Shown here piece after piece: positions 51,513 to 62,252 of a stretch of DNA of 64,000 nt; position 1 is the stretch's first letter; each line of letters opens with the position of its first letter. The DNA is taken from NCBI GenBank assembly GCA_963666975.2, contig CAXVYR010000004.1, positions 2,144,001 to 2,208,000 of the forward strand. Reading direction: 5' to 3'. Below the pieces are notes generated by a model. It made no database searches, was not told where the DNA came from, and worked only from the letters and a program-made list of their open reading frames with translations. The translations under genes were made by a program, and so were the position numbers. Source of the stretch: Terriglobia bacterium. Its GTDB lineage: Bacteria > Acidobacteriota > Terriglobia > 2-12-FULL-54-10.

Positions 51513-51692
51513 CGCGCAGCTCGGGGGGCTCCTGGACCCGGCCAATGGAAAATAGTGCGCTGGAATCCATATAGAAGCGTATAGTATGGGCCTGTTGGAA
51601 GCTAAAAACGGAAATTCCGGTTCAACAGCCCTGCAAGACGCATTGACCATAGACTCTGAGAATGGCTGGTGTGTGGTTCAAACATTCGGATC

Positions 51693-53141
51693 GAAGGTGT
51701 CCCAAACTCAGTTGCAGGTTGGGACGGCGGGTTGAGTTCATATTACGCCACTTCCTCCTTGTGAGAGGAAGCAGCGTTTGGACTTCGGCCGAGAATCGAT
51801 GCCAAAGCCCAGAGATCGTGATAACCCATGATCTTCCGGAAATTCTTCTCGGTCAGCAGAAACGCTCCTGCCACCCAGCGCAACGTCATCTCGCCGTCGC
51901 GCCAGCGGCAAACATTGCCAGTCTTTTTCCGCACGCCCGACTGCGGGCTCTCGATGAGGTTCGTGGTTGCCAGGCAGCGGTGGAGGCTGGGAGGAACGTC
52001 GGCTCGATTGATCGTAAAGGTCTCCTCCAACCCTTCGCGCAAGCTGGCGGCTGCTGCCGGATGATCGCACTCGATCATCCCAGCGAGCTTTTTTATGCGC
52101 ACGATGCCTTCCTCGGCTTGGGGCAATCGCCAGGCGGCGCGCATCAGCGACCGCACCTGATTCGCCAGCATTTTGTCGCCCTTTGGTAACCGCTCAGCCA
52201 CGTTGCGCAGCTTATGAGTACGGCAACGCTGCACCAGCTGATTGCTGCCGAATACTTCCTCGATCCCCGCGCGGAGCGCTTTGGCGCCGTCGATCACAAA
52301 CAGATAGCGCTGATCCGTGCGCAAACCTTGCTGGCGCAGGCGGGTGAGAAGGTCTTTCACCGCAGCGGCGTTTTCGGTCGCGCCCAGTTGAATCCCCAGC
52401 ACATGCTTGCGGCCCTCGATGTCCACGCCCACGGCGCTGATGACGTGGTGGGAGCCGAACCGCATTCCGTCCAGGTAAATCACCAGAATCTCGACCTCCT
52501 CCCAGCGCCGCGCCAACAGTTCTTCCAGCCGCCGCGCTCCTTGCTCGGCCGCTTCCCGGCTCACCTGAGACTTCGACACCCCAGCGCTGTTGGCCATCTC
52601 CGGGATCACCTCGCGGTAGTTCCGCGTCGAAACCCCTTTCAACAGTGCCTCGAACATCTCCTCGCCCGTCTTCTCGCTTTTCCGCAGTGCTTCGTAGGCC
52701 GGCACCGCTTCTTCCCCTCCGCCCTTCCGGCGCAGCCGGGGCCGCTCCACCCGCAGCTGGCGATCGGCCAGTTTCACCCTCCCCAATTGCCGGCCATGCC
52801 AGCGCACCTCTCCGCTCGCCTTCCCGGGACTCTTTGGCCCCGCGATTTGCTCTGCGCTCATGCTCAGAATCGTTTCAATCAAACCTCGCCCGGCCCGATC
52901 AATCACCTCATCCACCGCCAGACGCGCCTCCGTGATCAGATCCACCACCGGCAACAGCATCTGTCCGTTGGTTTGGCAAAACTTCTGGATGGTTTCTTCG
53001 GCTCCCTTGGAACCCAGTTCCAAAACGTGATATTTTCCCTTCATTCGGCGGTTCTCCTTCTATAGGATTTAGGCTTGGCCCGATTCTATTCGATTCGGGC
53101 CGAACCGCCGTTCAACCTTCAACTATGTATGGGACACCCTC
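51693..53141 (-). mobile_element. Complete IS256-family insertion sequence (1449 bp)
   Basis: Imperfect TIRs GA.GGTGTCCCA.AC..AGTTG.AGGTTG; 8-bp target duplication TTCGGATC at 51685-51692 and 53142-53149. Confidence 0.95.
51743..53044 (-). CDS. IS256-family transposase
   Basis: GVSTR, IYLDG, FVIDG.KAL, QRC..HK.RN, TTN.IES. Confidence 0.96.
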   Translation of the reverse strand: MKGKYHVLELGSKGAEETIQKFCQTNGQMLLPVVDLITEARLAVDEVIDRAGRGLIETILSMSAEQIAGPKSPGKASGEVRWHGRQLGRVKLADRQLRVERPRLRRKGGGEEAVPAYEALRKSEKTGEEMFEALLKGVSTRNYREVIPEMANSAGVSKSQVSREAAEQGARRLEELLARRWEEVEILVIYLDGMRFGSHHVISAVGVDIEGRKHVLGIQLGATENAAAVKDLLTRLRQQGLRTDQRYLFVIDGAKALRAGIEEVFGSNQLVQRCRTHKLRNVAERLPKGDKMLANQVRSLMRAAWRLPQAEEGIVRIKKLAGMIECDHPAAAASLREGLEETFTINRADVPPSLHRCLATTNLIESPQSGVRKKTGNVCRWRDGEMTLRWVAGAFLLTEKNFRKIMGYHDLWALASILGRSPNAASSHKEEVA

Positions 53142-53263
53142 TTCGGATCATCGGATTATCAGATCAATGGAAGGCAGAGTGCCACTAGAGTGCCACTGCG
53201 AATCTGCATGAACACTATACTGATACCGCCTCTGTCTAAAGGCGCTGCACCGGATGGGAGGCA

Positions 53264-54898
53264 GTGCTGATGAGGTTCTTCAAGTCAAGGCTTCTTCCTG
53301 CGGACTCGCCGAGCCGTTGCGACTGGCACTACCTGGTGAGCACGTTGAATGCGAACGGCTCCGTCTCTCCCTGTTGCGGCATACAAGATGAGAAAAATGA
53401 CTTCGGCAGCATGGTGGGTAAATCTTTTCATGAAGTCTGGAGCAATGCTCACTATAGCAGCGTCCGCCGCTTGTTCGTCAACGGCGGCGACGACGGGACC
53501 AGCGCGCCCACAATTTGCCACAACTGCCCTCTTCCGGAGGATCAGTCTCGCGGGAAGGATTATATCCAGCGGTTCCTTTCCGATGTGCCGCGCGCCATCC
53601 AGAAGCAGGCACATCAGCTCCTCCCCGGCATGGCCCCTCGCCTGCCCAAGTTTACCTTCCCGCCCTGGCAGTCCCAGTCCCCCTATCTAAAGAGGCGTAA
53701 CGAGAATTTTCTCCTTGCCCTGAAAGAGCGAAAAGACGGCGTGGAACGGCCCCAGAGCTATCCGATTGCCATGGTCATCGATCCATCGTCGGCGTGCGGC
53801 TTGCGGTGTCCCCTGTGCCCGGTATCCTACACTCCGTCGATCCGGGAGAAGTCGCTGATGAATCCGGAGGTGTTTGGTCGGCTGATGGAAGAGGTTGGGC
53901 CCTACCTTTTTTCCATCGACTTCTTCAACTGGGGCGAACCTCTCCTGAACAAGCAATTGCCGCGGATGCTGGCCCAGGCGAAAGAATACGACATCCACGT
54001 GCGCCTCAGCAGCAGTCTGTCTGTAAAAGTGGAGGATGCCATTTTGGAAGCCCTCGTCGATCATGTTGACGGCCTGATCGTCTCGATCGACGGAACCAGT
54101 CAGGAGACCTACGAGAAATACCGCCGCAATGGCGACTTTGCTCTAGCTTTCTCGAATCTGGAGCGCGTCGCAAGGCTCAAACGCGAGCGCCATGCCCGCC
54201 AGATGACCATCTACTGGCAATACCTGGTGTTTTCGTTCAATGAGCACGAGCTTGATACGGCGCAGCGCATGGCAAAGCGGATCGGCGTCGAGTTCTCTCC
54301 CGAGGCCCCCTTCGTCGATGTGGACCGGAACCCGGAGTGGCTTTCTACGATCGACAAGTACGTCATGGACCGCTACAAGCCGATGCTCGCGCAACTCAAC
54401 ACTCTCAGGAACCCCAGCTCGCCTCCGCCGACCGAGATAAAGCTGGCCCTCGGAGGATTTGACGCGATGTTTGACAGAGGGTTCTACGCCTGGGAGAACG
54501 GAGCCCGGTGGCTAGCCGACCAGGGAGCGATCCGGCTGCGTGCCCCTCAAATGCTGGGCCACTTTTTTTTGACCGCCTACGCGCCCCCTGAGATGGTGAA
54601 CGGCACTCCGGTGGTCCTGACCATCCAGGTCGATGGGGAAGAGCTTGCTCGGTTGACGGTTTGCGAAGGAGGGTTGTTCACCAGACGGATTGCCGTTGAT
54701 CCGAACCGCGCACGCTGGCTGAGTGGCAGGGAAGTTCAGGTTACTATCGCGTCTTCCCGCACGTTTGTGCCCAAAGAAATAGTCCGCGACTCCTCGGAGG
54801 ACCGCCGGCTTTCGATCATTGTGACGGAGCTTGGCTTTCGGCCGGGGCCCGCCCCGCAAACGACATCTCTGGAGTTGGCGGCAATCCACAACCCTTAA
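53264..54898 (+). CDS. Radical SAM protein with N-terminal SPASM/twitch-like segment
   Basis: C...NG.VSPCC...C..C ahead of CGLRCPLC, NWGEPLLN, SIDG..QETY..YR. Confidence 0.85.
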   Translation: MLMRFFKSRLLPADSPSRCDWHYLVSTLNANGSVSPCCGIQDEKNDFGSMVGKSFHEVWSNAHYSSVRRLFVNGGDDGTSAPTICHNCPLPEDQSRGKDYIQRFLSDVPRAIQKQAHQLLPGMAPRLPKFTFPPWQSQSPYLKRRNENFLLALKERKDGVERPQSYPIAMVIDPSSACGLRCPLCPVSYTPSIREKSLMNPEVFGRLMEEVGPYLFSIDFFNWGEPLLNKQLPRMLAQAKEYDIHVRLSSSLSVKVEDAILEALVDHVDGLIVSIDGTSQETYEKYRRNGDFALAFSNLERVARLKRERHARQMTIYWQYLVFSFNEHELDTAQRMAKRIGVEFSPEAPFVDVDRNPEWLSTIDKYVMDRYKPMLAQLNTLRNPSSPPPTEIKLALGGFDAMFDRGFYAWENGARWLADQGAIRLRAPQMLGHFFLTAYAPPEMVNGTPVVLTIQVDGEELARLTVCEGGLFTRRIAVDPNRARWLSGREVQVTIASSRTFVPKEIVRDSSEDRRLSIIVTELGFRPGPAPQTTSLELAAIHNP

Positions 54899-55044
54899 CC
54901 GCCGTCCCGCCGGTATCGAATGCTCTCCACCCCTGCGGGCATTTGCGGTGCCGGCGTGTCTTACAAGGGCAGAGAGCCTTTTGGACGCGGACAGGGTGTT
55001 AATGGTCAGGCAAGAAAGCTCGGCGTTGGGGGTCCGCACCCGCT

Positions 55045-57159
55045 TTAGTCGCTCTGGCTAGGTCCCCGCTTTTCTCTTTGTTCCCGCAGAACCGCTTTGC
55101 GGCTGAGCTTGATGCGGTTGCCTTCCACCGTCAGAGCCTTCACCAGAACCTGATCGCCTTCCTTCAGCTCATCGCGAATGTTCTGGATACGGTGCTCGGC
55201 CACCTCGCTGATGTGCAGCAGTCCGTCGGTGCCGGGAATGATCTCCACAAAGGCGCCGAAATCCACCAGCCGAACGACTTTGCCCAAATAGGTTTTCCCC
55301 ACTTCGGCCACGGCCGTAAGGTCGTGGATGATCTGGATGGCCTGCTGGGCAGAGTTTTCGTCGCTGGAGGCGATGTTGATGCGGCCATCGTCCTCGACAT
55401 TAATCTTGACGCCGGTTCTTTCGATGATGGAACGGATGGTTTTCCCGCCCGGTCCGATGACATCCCGAATTTTGTCGGTGCTGATCTTTATGGTAAAGAT
55501 TCGAGGCGCATAGGGTGAAATAGCCGTCCGGGGCTCGGGGAGAGTTTCCAGCATCTTGTCGAGAATAAACAGCCGCGCTTTGCGCGCCTGCTCCAAAGCC
55601 TCGGCCATGATCGCCGGAGTGATCCCCTCGACCTTGATGTCCATCTGCAAGGCGGTAATCCCGCGGCTGGTTCCGGCCACCTTGAAATCCATGTCGCCGA
55701 AATGGTCCTCCGCCCCGGCAATGTCTGTGAGGATGGCATACTGGTCGCCTTCCATCACCAAACCCATAGCGACTCCGGCCACCGGAGACTTAATGGGAAC
55801 TCCGGCATCCATCAACGCCAGCGACGCCCCGCAGACGGTGGCCATAGAACTCGACCCATTCGACTCCAGGATGTCGGAGACCACGCGGAGCGTGTAAGGA
55901 AAGATTTCCTCCTCCGGGATCATGTTGATCAAAGCCCGTTCAGCCAAAGCGCCATGTCCGATCTCCCTCCGGCCAGGTCCCCGCATAAAACGCACCTCCC
56001 CCACGCTGAAGGGCGGGAAGTTGTAATGCAGCATGAACCGCTTATGCGAGTCCCCCTCAATCGTGTCCAGCCGCTGGACGTCTTCGGAGGTGCCGAGCGT
56101 CGTCGTGACCAGAGCCTGCGTTTCACCCCGGGTAAATAGCGCGGAACCATGCGTTCGGGGAAGGAAACCCGCCTCGCAACTCACTGCGCGGATTTCGTCC
56201 TGAGCACGATGGTCGGGTCGGCGGCGGTGCTTCAACAGGTCTTCCCGGAAGATCCGCTCCTCCACCCGATGGAGAAGCCCTGCCGCAGCCTTTGCCGTTG
56301 CCTCCTCGCCGGGAGGATAGGAGTCTAGCAGTTCTTTTCGGAGGTCCTCCACGCGCCGCTGGCTCTCCAGCTTCGACTGGCTCGAAGTATCCAGGGCTTC
56401 TTCCAAACGTTTCCGCCACTTCGACTCGATCTCCTGCTGCAAAGCCGAGTGGTCCGGAAGCGGCTCCACTTTGCGCTTCTGAATCCCCATCTGCTGATAC
56501 AGTCCTTTTAGAGCGGCAACGATCTTTTTGACTGCGGCGTGTCCGAACTGAATGGCCTCGTTCACCATCTCCTCGGAAACCTCCTGGCCCCCCGCTTCCA
56601 CCATGACGATGGCTTCCTCGGTGGCGACCACCACAATATTCAGCAGGCTGCTGCGCTTTTCCGCGTAGGTGGGGTTAAGGATGAATTGTCCGTCCACATG
56701 CCCTACGCGCACCGCGCCGATGGGGTTGTAGAAGGGGATGTCGGACAGATACAGCGCCGCCGAAGCGCCGACGATGCTGATCACGTCCGGATCGTTGTCG
56801 GTGTCGGCGGAAAGAACCATGGCGATCACCTGCGTTTCCGAGCGGAATCCTTCCGGAAAGAGCGGGCGAATGGGCCGGTCGATCAGCCGGCATGTGACGG
56901 TCTCTTTTTCACTCTGACGGCCTTCCCGTTTGATGAAACCGCCTGGGATTTTTCCAGCCGCGTAGGTATACTCCCGGTAATCCACCGTCAAGGGAAAGAA
57001 ACTGATTCCCTCTCTGGCTTCCCGCAGAGCGCACGCCGTAACCAGTAAGGCGGTATCACCGAAACTCAAGTAAACCGAGCCATCCGCCTGTTTTGCCAGG
57101 CGTCCTGTCTCCAACTCTAATTTCTTATTGCCTAACTCAATACTTTCTCGATAAACCAT
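55045..57159 (-). CDS. pnp: Polyribonucleotide nucleotidyltransferase
   Basis: ETG.LAKQA, RLIDRPIRP, RREIGHG, ESNGSSSMA, GDMDFKVAG, KH and S1 domains. Confidence 0.99.
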   Translation of the reverse strand: MVYRESIELGNKKLELETGRLAKQADGSVYLSFGDTALLVTACALREAREGISFFPLTVDYREYTYAAGKIPGGFIKREGRQSEKETVTCRLIDRPIRPLFPEGFRSETQVIAMVLSADTDNDPDVISIVGASAALYLSDIPFYNPIGAVRVGHVDGQFILNPTYAEKRSSLLNIVVVATEEAIVMVEAGGQEVSEEMVNEAIQFGHAAVKKIVAALKGLYQQMGIQKRKVEPLPDHSALQQEIESKWRKRLEEALDTSSQSKLESQRRVEDLRKELLDSYPPGEEATAKAAAGLLHRVEERIFREDLLKHRRRPDHRAQDEIRAVSCEAGFLPRTHGSALFTRGETQALVTTTLGTSEDVQRLDTIEGDSHKRFMLHYNFPPFSVGEVRFMRGPGRREIGHGALAERALINMIPEEEIFPYTLRVVSDILESNGSSSMATVCGASLALMDAGVPIKSPVAGVAMGLVMEGDQYAILTDIAGAEDHFGDMDFKVAGTSRGITALQMDIKVEGITPAIMAEALEQARKARLFILDKMLETLPEPRTAISPYAPRIFTIKISTDKIRDVIGPGGKTIRSIIERTGVKINVEDDGRINIASSDENSAQQAIQIIHDLTAVAEVGKTYLGKVVRLVDFGAFVEIIPGTDGLLHISEVAEHRIQNIRDELKEGDQVLVKALTVEGNRIKLSRKAVLREQREKRGPSQSD

Positions 57160-57340
57160 TTCTCCTCGTTTCCTTTAGAAAAATACCGGTCGAGAGGCGC
57201 TCCATTGAAGAAGAACAACCGGATTTTTCAGTAACTCCGAGACGCTCATTGCAATTCTGTTGAGATCGGGCAGCAGTGGAAGCGGTCTTCGCCGCGGTGT
57301 GGCGCTGCCGGTGGGCGGGTATACGCCGAGCAGTCGGAAC

Positions 57341-57388
57341 AAAAAATAAAAAGCGACCTCAGGAGGATGCCCCATCCTTGCGGCCGCC
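57341..57388 (-). terminator. Terminator-like hairpin between rpsO and pnp
   Basis: GGCGGCC.CAAGGATG..CATCCT..TGAGGTCGC followed by TTTTTATTTTT on the minus strand. Confidence 0.55.
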
Positions 57389-57613
57389 CTGCTTGGTAAT
57401 CCTAAATTCAAATCCGATGAGGTCGCCAGCCCATCCTCTGCGGGACAATGGGTGCGAGACAATGGGCGCGTCACCAACCTTTTATGCCAGCCCTTAAACG
57501 CGATCCGATGACTACCACGGTAAAGATGATACCGTCGTTGGGGGGGCACCGCCTCTCCCGCTCCGGCGGAAGGCCTCTCGCCTTCTTGCGCGCCGCACGG
57601 GGAGCACGAATCG

Positions 57614-57883
57614 CTAGCGACGAATTCCCAAACTCTGGATGACCTCTTTGTAGCGCGATGTATGACGATCCTTCAAATAATCCAGCAAACGACGGCGCTT
57701 GTTCACCATCATCAACAAACCACGCCGGGAAGCGTGGTCCTTCTTGTGCAGCTTAAAGTGTTCCGTCAACTGCCCGATTCGTTCGCTCAGAATGGCTATT
57801 TGAACCTCCGGCGAACCCGTGTCTTTCGTATGTGCCCGATACTTTTCAATGATCGGCGCTTTTTGTACACTCGCCAGGCCCAT
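57614..57883 (-). CDS. rpsO: 30S ribosomal protein S15
   Basis: [25 protein letters not shown]; upstream of pnp. Confidence 0.99.
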   Translation of the reverse strand: MGLASVQKAPIIEKYRAHTKDTGSPEVQIAILSERIGQLTEHFKLHKKDHASRRGLLMMVNKRRRLLDYLKDRHTSRYKEVIQSLGIRR

Positions 57884-58220
57884 CCAGTGCGCTATCCTTC
57901 CCTAAATATTCTTGTTACCTATTCTCATTACAAAACATACCACAGTGGCTTGGTCCTGTAAAGCCTGCTCCGCCTCGGCCTTCCGCCCGGCGGAACAGCA
58001 CGGCCAGCGGCAATCCGGAGGCCTTCCCCCCCCGTTCAACATTTCGGACTTGTGCTAGAATCCAGATTTATTCAACATACACTTCACAGCAGGCGGCGCC
58101 CTAATTCCAAACGCTCCACAGGTTCCCTGCCTGGAACCCAAGGCTATGTTGGAACTGCCAGGCCGCTAGCAACTGGAACCGGACGCTTCCGCGCGCGATA
58201 AGGCAAACAGCGAGGTAAAG

Positions 58221-59981
58221 ATGGATGGCCGGCTGATTGTTCTCAGCGCACCGCTTACCGAAACCATTGACCACGCGGGCTACTTCATTCAGATGGGCAT
58301 GGCTTCGCTGCCGCAGTGAATGGAGTTTGCCCTGAACAGCAAATACCCCGCTTGGCGCGACGTGGAACACAACGAGGACGGCTCCGCGCGGTCGATGCCG
58401 GTCGGCGTTCGCCTGATCGAAAAATCCCTGCTGCGCGAATTCAAAGAGCAGGACTTGGTGGCCTGCTATCCGGACGATCTGGCCAAGTTCATCGGCCCGG
58501 ATACGCGCGTGGTGGCCGTCTCGACCCATAATCCTTTGGGCGTTACCTTCGCTGCCGGAGTCTACACCTCGCTGTTCGGCTCTTCCAAGCAACCCATCAA
58601 TTCGCACTATGCCAGGGACCTTTTCCAAAAGATTCGGTCGAGTCCCTACCGGAAAAATTTCAAGGTCATTGTCGGAGGATCGGGCGGGTGGCAGATCGCG
58701 CAAACCGACAGCTTTGAGGAGTTGAGCGTGGACTGCGTGGTGGAAGGCCGCAGCGAATCTTCGGAAACGATGGCGCTGTTCCACCGCGCGATTGCCGGAG
58801 AACCACTGCCCCGCCAGTTGGATGTGCCCCATCCAAAGGACCGAGGCGATATCCTGTTCCCTTCCGCAAGGACCACCTTTGGAGTCGTCGAGATGACCAC
58901 CGGCTGCGGCCGCCGCTGCCAGTTCTGCGTGCCGGATCTCAATCCGCAAATCGACCTCCCCAAACAGAAGATTATGGAGGCCGTCCGGGGCAACGTCCGA
59001 AATGGAAATAAACAGGTCTCCCTCGCCACCGAAGACATGTTCATCTGGGGCCAGGTCCAAACCGAGACGCCGTTCTTTTTTCCCAACCGCGAGGCCTTGC
59101 TGGACCTGTTTGGGGAGATTGTCGGCACGCCGGGCGTGGAGCAGCACCTGTTGAGCCACTGCACCATCGCACCTTTTGCTGTCGATCCCCTCCTGATCAA
59201 AAAACTTTCCGATATGCTGCTGCCCAAGAGCCCCATTCATCTGTCGCGCCTGAGCACCCATCCGCAGAATAAGGCGCTCTCTCCGCTGATCGGTCTCGAA
59301 ACGGGCTCGGTGCGTTTGGCCAAGAAGATCATGCCCAGCAAGGGTGTCCCGTTTTCCATCGAAGACTGGCCCAGCGTGGTGCTGGAGGGATTGCGGGTGG
59401 CGAATGAAAACAATTGGTTCCCGGTGATGACGCTGATTGTCGGCAGCCCGGAGGAAAACGACGAAGACGTGAAAGCGACACTCGATCTGGTCTATGAGAT
59501 GGAACGCCGCGGCCTGTTCGCCATCCTGGTGCCGTCGATATTCACGCCCCTGCACGACACCCGCATGGAAAAGCAAATGGGCGTGACCGAAACCCGGCAG
59601 CTCACTCAGTTGCAGTGGCAGCTGATGATGAAGTGCTGGAAGTTCAACCTGCGCCCCGCCCTGCAAAGCTGGTGGGGACCAATGGCTTGGCAGTTCGGGT
59701 CCATCATCCTGTGGTTGTATAAATTGAGAAAGCTCAACGGTCCCAATTTCACATGGCCGCTGTTGATGTTTTCCGGCGCCTTCTCGGAAAAGACCCTGGA
59801 ACGGATGGGAAAAATCTATGTGGGCAAGCCGCTGAAAACCAAGAGCCGCCAGGAACTGATCGCCTCGGTGCGTCCCCACTACTGGCAGTATTTCCGCCCC
59901 GACAACGGGGACCTTCCCGCCAACGGCGCCCCGCCGCCGCAGACGACTGCAGCAGGCCCCGCTCTTTCCGTCGTTTCTTGA
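58221..59981 (+). CDS. Radical SAM protein (B12-binding-like N-terminus) with in-frame TGA at codon 33
   Basis: CGRRCQFC, ETGS; GAGGT then ATG 58221 opens MDGRLIVLSAPLTETIDHAGYFIQMGMASLPQ*MEFAL in frame with 58320-59981. Confidence 0.8.
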
Positions 59982-60052
59982 ACTGAGAACGAAACTGGTT
60001 TTGCCGCAGGCGACGCCAAAACCGGGAGATGTGCTTTGCGCCTGTGGCAGCC

Positions 60053-60580
60053 CTAACTGGCGCGGATGGCTTCCACGTCAATTGTAATTTCGACATCGCT
60101 GCCGACCACGGAACCGCGCTCCGGCATAGATGCATTCCAGCTTACACCGAAGTCGTGCCGGTTGATCCGGGTCGTCGCAAAAAAGCCGATGCGCGTGTTG
60201 CCGAAGGGTGTATCCACCGGACCGAAACACTGCGCATCCAGCGTGACCGGCCGGGACGTTCCGCGGATGGTCAATTCGCCAGTGACCTGGTAATTGCTAT
60301 AACCGGTCTGTTGGATGCGGGTGGCCTTGAAGTGGATCGTCGGATAGTTCGCTACGTCCAGAAAATCCGGGTTGCGCAGGTGACCGTCGCGTTCCTTGTC
60401 TTCGGTTGAGAAACTGCCGGCATCAATGCTCACTTCCACCGAGGAATTGGCCGGATCAGCCGGCTCGAATTCGAGGGTCCCTTTGATATTCTTGTAATGG
60501 CCACGGACTATCGTGATCATCATGTGCCGCACGGCAAACGCCACGCTGCTGTGGCCCGGTTCGAAATCCCAATGAGCCAT
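60053..60580 (-). CDS. YceI-family protein
   Basis: HSSV.F.VRHM, RD.HL...DFLDV..YP.I.F, INR.DFG. Confidence 0.95.
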   Translation of the reverse strand: MAHWDFEPGHSSVAFAVRHMMITIVRGHYKNIKGTLEFEPADPANSSVEVSIDAGSFSTEDKERDGHLRNPDFLDVANYPTIHFKATRIQQTGYSNYQVTGELTIRGTSRPVTLDAQCFGPVDTPFGNTRIGFFATTRINRHDFGVSWNASMPERGSVVGSDVEITIDVEAIRAS

Positions 60581-60653
60581 CGGCTGATTACCCTTCCAAG
60601 AAGTCTTTCACCCGCACATCCCTAGTCCAATCGCCCGGCGCTGTCTCGCCACC

Positions 60654-61772
60654 TTAGGGAACCGCGTAGTAGCCCTTCTTGGCCCGGATCTCCACATTTT
60701 TCCTGCTCGTCCGGATCTCCACCGCGCGGAATGTTCTGTCCAAGGCGGGATTTTTCGGAATGTAACCGATGGCGTATTGATTGGTCAGCTCGTCGCCGAT
60801 CGATTCCAGAGCCCGGGTGAGCGCCATGGCAAGCTCGGCGGAGTACCGCCCGGTCCCCGGTCTGTAGACGGAGTTTTGACTCTCGTAGAGCTGGTGCTTG
60901 GAGATGTAGCCGGTGGCGAAGGCGGCGCTCGGCAGATCGTCCAGAGGAGAGTACATCTGGCCTCCGGTTTCCCGCACCAGACGCCGGAGAACGTCGTCGC
61001 CGGGAGCATCTTCCCCGTAGCCGTTGGCGCTGACGGCGAATATCCGGACATCGGCCCGCAATGCCACGTCCACCGCCTGCTCCAGGCTGTGCTCGCTCAG
61101 GCTGTCATCCCCGTCGCTGAAGATGACCAGCACCCGCCGGGGAATGCCGGGACCCGGCGAGGTCATGAGCTTTTTCTCCGATGCAACGATGATGGCGTCC
61201 ATCAAGGCCGTGCCACCGGCGGCCTGCAGGCCGTCGAGCGCCGTGGTCAGGTCGTCCGGGTCAGTGGTGAAATCCTGAATCACGTCCGGACCGTGGTCGA
61301 AGGTCATCAAGAATCCCTGATGGTCCGAATGATTTGTCAAAACATAGTAGCCGAGCTGCATGGCGGCTTCTTTTTCAAACTTCAGGCGGGGCCGGGCGCT
61401 GGTGCTGGTATCCAGCAACAGTCCAAAGCGAAGCGGCAGATTGGTGGCCGGGCTGAAATAGGTAATGTCCTGCTCCACCCCGTTCTCAAACACTTTGAAG
61501 TCCTTTTCCTGGAGGTCCAGCACTAATTTCCCTTTCTTGTCAAAGACAGTATAGGGAATCTGCACCTCCTTCACTTCCACCCGAATCCTCTGGCCGTCCG
61601 GGCCTACCTGTTCGGAGGCCGTGGCGTTCTGCTCGGAGGTCTGAGCCTCCAGCAATGTCGCCGTGCCTGCATGCAGAAGAAAAATCAACAGGCAAAAACC
61701 AAGCAGAGCTAGGCCGCTCCATCGAGCGCTGTAGGAAGCTGATCGCGTAGAAACTCGCATCGCAGGGACCAA
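60654..61772 (-). CDS. Acidobacterial VWA-domain protein
   Basis: MIDAS DTSTS, GTALMDA, SDGDD..S, ETGG, QY.IGY.P, RAKKGYY. Confidence 0.9.
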   Translation of the reverse strand: MVPAMRVSTRSASYSARWSGLALLGFCLLIFLLHAGTATLLEAQTSEQNATASEQVGPDGQRIRVEVKEVQIPYTVFDKKGKLVLDLQEKDFKVFENGVEQDITYFSPATNLPLRFGLLLDTSTSARPRLKFEKEAAMQLGYYVLTNHSDHQGFLMTFDHGPDVIQDFTTDPDDLTTALDGLQAAGGTALMDAIIVASEKKLMTSPGPGIPRRVLVIFSDGDDSLSEHSLEQAVDVALRADVRIFAVSANGYGEDAPGDDVLRRLVRETGGQMYSPLDDLPSAAFATGYISKHQLYESQNSVYRPGTGRYSAELAMALTRALESIGDELTNQYAIGYIPKNPALDRTFRAVEIRTSRKNVEIRAKKGYYAVP

Positions 61773-61869
61773 AACCGCACCATAGGATTAGAAGATTCTA
61801 GCATGGATTGATCTCTCGTTTCACCTCGTGTAAGCTCTCTCCAAACAGTCCCAAACAGACGAGGGCAAA

Positions 61870-62251
61870 AAGGTGGCCGTTTCCCCAGGGAGGTCGTGCC
61901 CGGCAGATATCAAGCGGGGGTGGCACAGAGCCAGTGTGGTCGAGGGACGGTCGCGAGTTGTTCTATCGCAATGGAACTAAGATGATGGTTGTTTCCGTTG
62001 CAACGGAGCCTGACTTCAGTTCTCGCTTTCCACGGAACACCAGAGGAGCTGTTCACCGGGCTCTACGCGCTAACACCTTTCAGGTATCCAAACTACGATG
62101 TCAGCCTGGATGGGCAACGATTGCTTATGGTAAAAGCCGAATACACTGGAACCAGAGGACACCGGGCTCTACGCCGCACCTTTCAATCAACGTCGTCAAC
62201 GTCGTGTTAAACTGGTTTGAAGAGTTAAAGCAGAAGGTGCCGGCCAACTGA
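61870..62251 (+). pseudogene. Frameshifted C-terminal remnant of a PD40/TolB-like (kinase-associated) protein
   Basis: QISSGGGTEPVWSRDGRELFYR, NYDVS.DGQR.LM and NVVLNWFEELK lie in different frames; no 5' part. Confidence 0.75.
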
Positions 62252-62252
62252 G

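Noticed and set aside
50844-51690. tRNA, riboswitch or small CDS in the long intergenic region
   Set aside because: No cloverleaf, recognisable aptamer or credible ORF seen by eye; only a REP-like element
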